Shown here: positions 59,570 through 64,000 of the stretch, piece after piece
Layout of the letters: the number at the start of each line of letters is the position of its first letter
How positions within the stretch are numbered: the first letter of the stretch is position 1
Source: Gammaproteobacteria bacterium
Lineage (GTDB): Bacteria; Pseudomonadota; Gammaproteobacteria; DSM-19610
Direction of reading: 5' to 3'
Length of the DNA: 64,000 nucleotides
Assembly (NCBI GenBank): GCA_011374975.1
Contig: DRNU01000186.1
Coordinates: 14,437-78,436, forward strand
The notes under the pieces: generated by a model
Seen by the model: only the letters and a program-made list of their open reading frames with translations
Told to the model about the DNA's origin: nothing
Databases searched by the model: none
Translations under genes and position numbers: made by a program

Positions 59570-61023
59570 ATATTCATAGCATCGCATTCAAACTCAACGC
59601 CACGGTTATCAGCGTCGTCACCCTTACCCTCGCGGCCTTCGGTTATTTCAGTTACCAGCAGACCCGCAGCACCGTCACCCATGACATCGAGAAACGCACC
59701 GGCAAACTCCTGGAAGAACTCACCTACCAGCTTTCCACGCCACTGTGGAATTTCGATACCGAACAGGCCAGCAAGATCATCGAGTCCGAGCAGGACCCTG
59801 ATTTCATCAGCGCAATTGTCGTTACCGACAACGAGCACAACATCATCACCGCCCTGCTCACCCTCGACAACAGGCAGCAATTGACCAACCGGCGGCCTCC
59901 GCCCGGGGATTACCAGGAGCAACGCATCCAGCCTGTCATGCACGGTGAGGAAACCATCGGCTTCATCGAACTGTACCGGCACAATCGATTGCTCCAGGCC
60001 ACGTTGGAGCATGAGATTCGACAGCTGGTACTGGAAATCCTGGTGCTGGATATTCTCCTGTCCATCCTGCTCACCCTGACGATGAAGCGCATCATCATCA
60101 ACCCCCTTGGCGTGCTGGCCACCACCTTCGACAAAATCACCGACAGTGGCGGAGACCTTGACCAGCGTCTCGGCGCTTCGGGTAAAAACGAGATCAGTCA
60201 ATTGTGCCGTGGCACCAATGCCATGCTGGACACCATCAAGGCACAGAACCAGGCCCTGCACCAGGCCAAACAGAACCTCGAATCACTGGTGGCATCCCGC
60301 ACGCAGGAACTGAATGCCTCCAACAAGGAGCTGGAAGCCTTCAGTTATTCAGTGTCGCATGACCTGCGTTCACCACTACGCAGCATCGACGGCTTCAGCT
60401 ACGCCATCCTGGAAGAGTATGGCGACAAACTGGACGACACCGGCAAGGATTACCTGCAGCGGGTGCGCGCCGCCACCCAGCGCATGGGCGATCTTATCGA
60501 TGACATGCTTACCCTGTCGCGCATGACACGCAGCGAATTCAAACGCGAGGAAGTCAACCTGAGCGAGCTGGCGGAGGAAGTCATCCAGTCACTGCGCGAA
60601 CAGCAGCCGGAGCGGCAGGTAACGGTCGATATTACCGGGTCCATGCCGGCCAGTGGTGACCGGCACCTGCTGAAGATCGCCCTGGATAACCTGCTGGGCA
60701 ATGCCTGGAAATATACCGCCCGGCAGGCAAGCGCACACATTGAATTCGGCCGGCAACAACAGGACGGTGAAACCGTGTACTACATCCGGGACAATGGCGC
60801 CGGTTTTGACATGCGTTATTCCGGAAAACTGTTCGGCGCCTTCCAGCGCCTGCACGGTACGGAATACGAAGGCACCGGTATCGGTCTGGCCACTGTCCTG
60901 CGCATCATCCGGCGCCATAACGGCCGCATCTGGGCCGACGGGGAAACCGACAGGGGAGCGACTTTCTATTTCACCCTGCCGGGAAACAACCACAACCACG
61001 GCCTGGTCACAGGCAACATTTAA
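59566..61023 (+). CDS. HAMP-domain sensor histidine kinase
   Basis: Two TM plus HAMP; SHDLRSPL, NLLGNAWKY, DNGAGF, GTGIGL. Confidence 0.93.
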   Translation: MNIHSIAFKLNATVISVVTLTLAAFGYFSYQQTRSTVTHDIEKRTGKLLEELTYQLSTPLWNFDTEQASKIIESEQDPDFISAIVVTDNEHNIITALLTLDNRQQLTNRRPPPGDYQEQRIQPVMHGEETIGFIELYRHNRLLQATLEHEIRQLVLEILVLDILLSILLTLTMKRIIINPLGVLATTFDKITDSGGDLDQRLGASGKNEISQLCRGTNAMLDTIKAQNQALHQAKQNLESLVASRTQELNASNKELEAFSYSVSHDLRSPLRSIDGFSYAILEEYGDKLDDTGKDYLQRVRAATQRMGDLIDDMLTLSRMTRSEFKREEVNLSELAEEVIQSLREQQPERQVTVDITGSMPASGDRHLLKIALDNLLGNAWKYTARQASAHIEFGRQQQDGETVYYIRDNGAGFDMRYSGKLFGAFQRLHGTEYEGTGIGLATVLRIIRRHNGRIWADGETDRGATFYFTLPGNNHNHGLVTGNI

Positions 61024-61637
61024 AGAACATAAAGCAACATCGCCAGGTAATGTGAAATACTGCCGGCCAGCACGAACAGGTGCCAGATACCGTGGGCGTG
61101 CTTCATCCTCTCATCGATAGCATAAAAAATAATTCCGCTGGTGTAGAACACGCCACCCAGCACCAGCAGGCCCAGACCACCATTGGGCAAGGCCCGGGTC
61201 AACGGATACATGGCAGCCAGGATCAGCCAGCCCATCAGCAGATAGATGACCATCTGTATGCTGCGCGACCCTTTCCTGTGCAGGCTGTCCACGACAATAC
61301 CGACAATGGCCAGCCCCCAGATAATACCGAACAGCGTCCAGCCCCAGACGCCGCGCAGGGTCACCAGGGTAAGCGGCGTGTAGCTGCCGGCGATGAGCAG
61401 GTAGATGGCGACGTGGTCCAGCTTCTGGAATATCTGTTTGGCCCGTCCGCGCAGCGAGTGGTACAGCGTCGACAGGGTGTACAGCAGGAACAGGGTCGTA
61501 CCATAGATGCTGAAACTGACAATCTTCCACGGATCGCCTTTCATGGCGGCGAACACCACCAGCACCACCAGGCCGGCAAGCGCCAGCGCGGCTCCGACCA
61601 GATGGGTAATACTGTTGAGTCGTTCCCCGTGATACAT
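61020..61637 (-). CDS. Hemolysin III/PAQR-family membrane protein
   Basis: E..NSITH, STLYH, DH.AIY.LIAGSYTP, HGIWHLFVL. Confidence 0.93.
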   Translation of the reverse strand: MYHGERLNSITHLVGAALALAGLVVLVVFAAMKGDPWKIVSFSIYGTTLFLLYTLSTLYHSLRGRAKQIFQKLDHVAIYLLIAGSYTPLTLVTLRGVWGWTLFGIIWGLAIVGIVVDSLHRKGSRSIQMVIYLLMGWLILAAMYPLTRALPNGGLGLLVLGGVFYTSGIIFYAIDERMKHAHGIWHLFVLAGSISHYLAMLLYVL

Positions 61638-61685
61638 CGTATGAATTACCTGCCAGCTGTACGGGTAACAGCCTGGAACCAAAAC

Positions 61686-62291
61686 TCAGGAAGCGCAACC
61701 CTCCTGCCTGACTTTCCCGGGGACAAAACCCGCCCGGATCCTCAAACCCAGCAGTACGGCAAGCACCGCACCGTATACCAGAGGCTCCAGCACATCCGCC
61801 TTGACCAGCCACCAGAAATGCAGCACACCCAGTGCCGGGACAATATAGGCCAGCCGGTGCAGGCGCTTCCAGCCTCGTCCGAGCCGGCGCATCATAAAGG
61901 TATTGGAGGTTATCGCCAACGGCAGCAACAGCACAAAGGCCAGCATACCCACGGTGATAAAGGGCCGGTCCAGGATATCCAGCCAGATCTCGCCCCAGTC
62001 GAAGAACTGGTCCAGCCACAGGTAGGTTAACAGGTGCAGGCCGGCGTAGAAAAAGGCGAACAGCCCCAGCATGCGGCGCACACGAATTGTCCAGCCCCAG
62101 CCAAACAGGCGTTTGAGCGGCGTCGCCATCAGCGTAATCAGCAGAAAACGCAGGGCCCACTCGCCGGTATTGTCCGCCACCTCATCGATGGGGTTGGCCC
62201 CGAGCAGCCCGGCAAGCAGCTGCCAGCCCAGCACCATCAGCGGCAACAGGCAAAGCATAAAGACGACCGGTTTTAACAGCTGTTTGCGCAT
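61686..62291 (-). CDS. msrQ: Methionine sulfoxide reductase heme subunit
   Basis: LGANP, RRMLGL, LH, PLAITS, WKRLHRL.Y, LHF.W. Confidence 0.93.
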   Translation of the reverse strand: MRKQLLKPVVFMLCLLPLMVLGWQLLAGLLGANPIDEVADNTGEWALRFLLITLMATPLKRLFGWGWTIRVRRMLGLFAFFYAGLHLLTYLWLDQFFDWGEIWLDILDRPFITVGMLAFVLLLPLAITSNTFMMRRLGRGWKRLHRLAYIVPALGVLHFWWLVKADVLEPLVYGAVLAVLLGLRIRAGFVPGKVRQEGCAS

Positions 62292-62292
62292 A

Positions 62293-63237
62293 TCAGTAAT
62301 ATTTCTTCAAATCCATGCCCGCATACAGGGAAGCGACCTGGTCTTCGTAGCCGTTGAACATCAGCGTCTTGCGCTTGAGGAATTCCCCGATGCGCCGTTC
62401 GCGTTTCTGACTCCAGCGCGGGTGCGACACGTTCGGGTTTACATTGGAGTAGAAACCGTATTCACGCGGGGCGGACCTGGTCCAGGAACTGGTTGGCTGC
62501 GTTTCGCGCAAGCGTATTTTTACAATGGACTTGATGCTCTTGAATCCGTATTTCCAGGGCACCACCAGGCGGATCGGCGCCCCGTTCTGGTTGGGCAACA
62601 CATCACCGTATAACCCGACTGCCAGCAATGTCAGCGGGTGCATGGCCTCGTCCATGCGCAAACCCTCACGGTACGGCCACTCCAGCACGCGGCGGCGCTG
62701 CCCCGGCATCTGTTGCTTGTCATACAGGGTTTCAAATTCGACATACTTTGCCTTCGAGGTCGGTTCGAAGCGTTTGATCAGGTCAGCGAGGGGAAAACCG
62801 ATCCAGGGAATGACCATCGACCAGCCTTCCACACAGCGCAAACGATAAATGCGTTCTTCCAGTGCGTGCGGCTTGAGGATATCCTCCAGCGTATAGCTGC
62901 CGGGCCGGGCCACTTCACCGGCAATCGCAACAGACCAGGGATCGGTCACGAGTTTATGCGCATGACGTGCCGGGTCGGACTTGTCGACACCGAACTCGTA
63001 AAAATTGTTGTAGCTGGTAACGTCCTCGCGGGGTGTTTTCTCCTCATCAGTACTGAACGGCCCGGGCTTGACCCGACCCGGCTCCAGAGCCGCCGAAGCC
63101 TCGCGACTCAGTAACGACGCACCGAGCGCCGCACCGGCGATGGCGATGCCGGATTGCAGAAACCGTCGCCTCTGCTGATAGATCCCAAAGGGAGTTACAT
63201 CGGACTCGTTGAGGTCCGTAGCGGTTTTTATCAACAC
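62293..63237 (-). CDS. msrP: Methionine sulfoxide reductase molybdopterin subunit
   Basis: Tat motif RRRFL; [31 protein letters not shown]; start approximate. Confidence 0.95.
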   Translation of the reverse strand: MLIKTATDLNESDVTPFGIYQQRRRFLQSGIAIAGAALGASLLSREASAALEPGRVKPGPFSTDEEKTPREDVTSYNNFYEFGVDKSDPARHAHKLVTDPWSVAIAGEVARPGSYTLEDILKPHALEERIYRLRCVEGWSMVIPWIGFPLADLIKRFEPTSKAKYVEFETLYDKQQMPGQRRRVLEWPYREGLRMDEAMHPLTLLAVGLYGDVLPNQNGAPIRLVVPWKYGFKSIKSIVKIRLRETQPTSSWTRSAPREYGFYSNVNPNVSHPRWSQKRERRIGEFLKRKTLMFNGYEDQVASLYAGMDLKKYY

Positions 63238-63707
63238 AGTCCCGTCCTGCCCAGGCAAAAGCCGTCTAATTCGACTGCGTGCCCGCCCCCGGGTTCCTTA
63301 CTCACAGGCAAACCGGGAGCGGCCTGCCGCAGACCTGCAACCAGTATAAAAGGGTTCCGCACCACCTTTCATCACGAATTGGTCACAAATTTTTGTAAAT
63401 CTCCAGTAAAATCCAGATATCAGCGACAGACACCTCCTTCCACACGCCGTCTCAATAGCAGAGATAGCCACGCGTAAAACCATTATCCATGACAACACCG
63501 CACCTTACGATGCTGTTTTTTTGATCTGTTCAGCCATCTTAGTACGCATGCACCATCTAATCGGGCTGTTGCCAATGCGGCTGGAAAAGAGTAAAAGCAA
63601 CAGTGCGCTAAAGGGAATTAAACAGCATAAAGGAATCATGTCATCGTGCACCTGCTTGATATCGCATTACTATCGCACAAGCGAGCAGGCCCGCCAGGAA
63701 AACTGCT

Positions 63708-64000
63708 ATGACGGAAAAAAGGAAGGTCGTATTCTCATTTGACGATGGCCCAAACCCTGCCGGGGCACTCAATACGATATTGAGCACTCTCCAGAAGAAT
63801 TCAATCACCGCAGAATTCTATGTTCTTGGCAGCGAGGTTGAAAGAAACCCATCCGCAGCGAAGTCAATTATTGCCAGGGGACATAAAATCCAGAACCACT
63901 CATGGAGCCATCCTGACCTGGCAAAAGCAAGTGAAGCCAAAGTTCACCTGGAGCTGAAAAAAACCCAGGACATTATAAAAAAGGCAACCGGCATAACAGC
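63708..64000 (+). CDS. Polysaccharide deacetylase (NodB/CE4), runs off the 3' end; absent from the ORF track
   Basis: Manual translation: MTEKRKVVFSFDDGPNP...AEFYVLG...GHKIQNHSWSHPDL. Confidence 0.88.
   Translation, partial: MTEKRKVVFSFDDGPNPAGALNTILSTLQKNSITAEFYVLGSEVERNPSAAKSIIARGHKIQNHSWSHPDLAKASEAKVHLELKKTQDIIKKATGIT

Overview
GC-rich proteobacterial chromosome segment (probably a gammaproteobacterium, judged from housekeeping gene order). Housekeeping flanks are dxs-queD-folE2 on the left and glyA-nrdR-ribD-ribE-ribB-ribH-nusB-thiL, ettA and msrPQ on the right. Between them lies a ~43 kb nitrite/NO-respiration region. It holds two dissimilar cytochrome cd1 nitrite reductase genes (nirS), a full heme d1 biosynthesis set, a NirT-NirB fusion, a cupredoxin, a NosR/NirI protein, a DNR-type regulator and five FNR/DNR boxes. 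No norCB/qNOR or nosZ is present. Instead there is a B-family-derived heme-copper oxidase whose active-site Tyr is replaced by Gln (HSSQQ), which fits the eNOR family of NO reductases. The most unusual element follows it: CtaB, SCO, a cytochrome b/2x[4Fe-4S]/MvhD-like fusion and a membrane-anchored two-Cys partner. Also present are a divergent hemerythrin-DUF2249-membrane protein operon, a CtaA with altered catalytic residues, four hemerythrins, a PFOR with a GltD-like flavoprotein and a sucrose-phosphate pair. All calls come from motif recognition by eye; no database searches were run.
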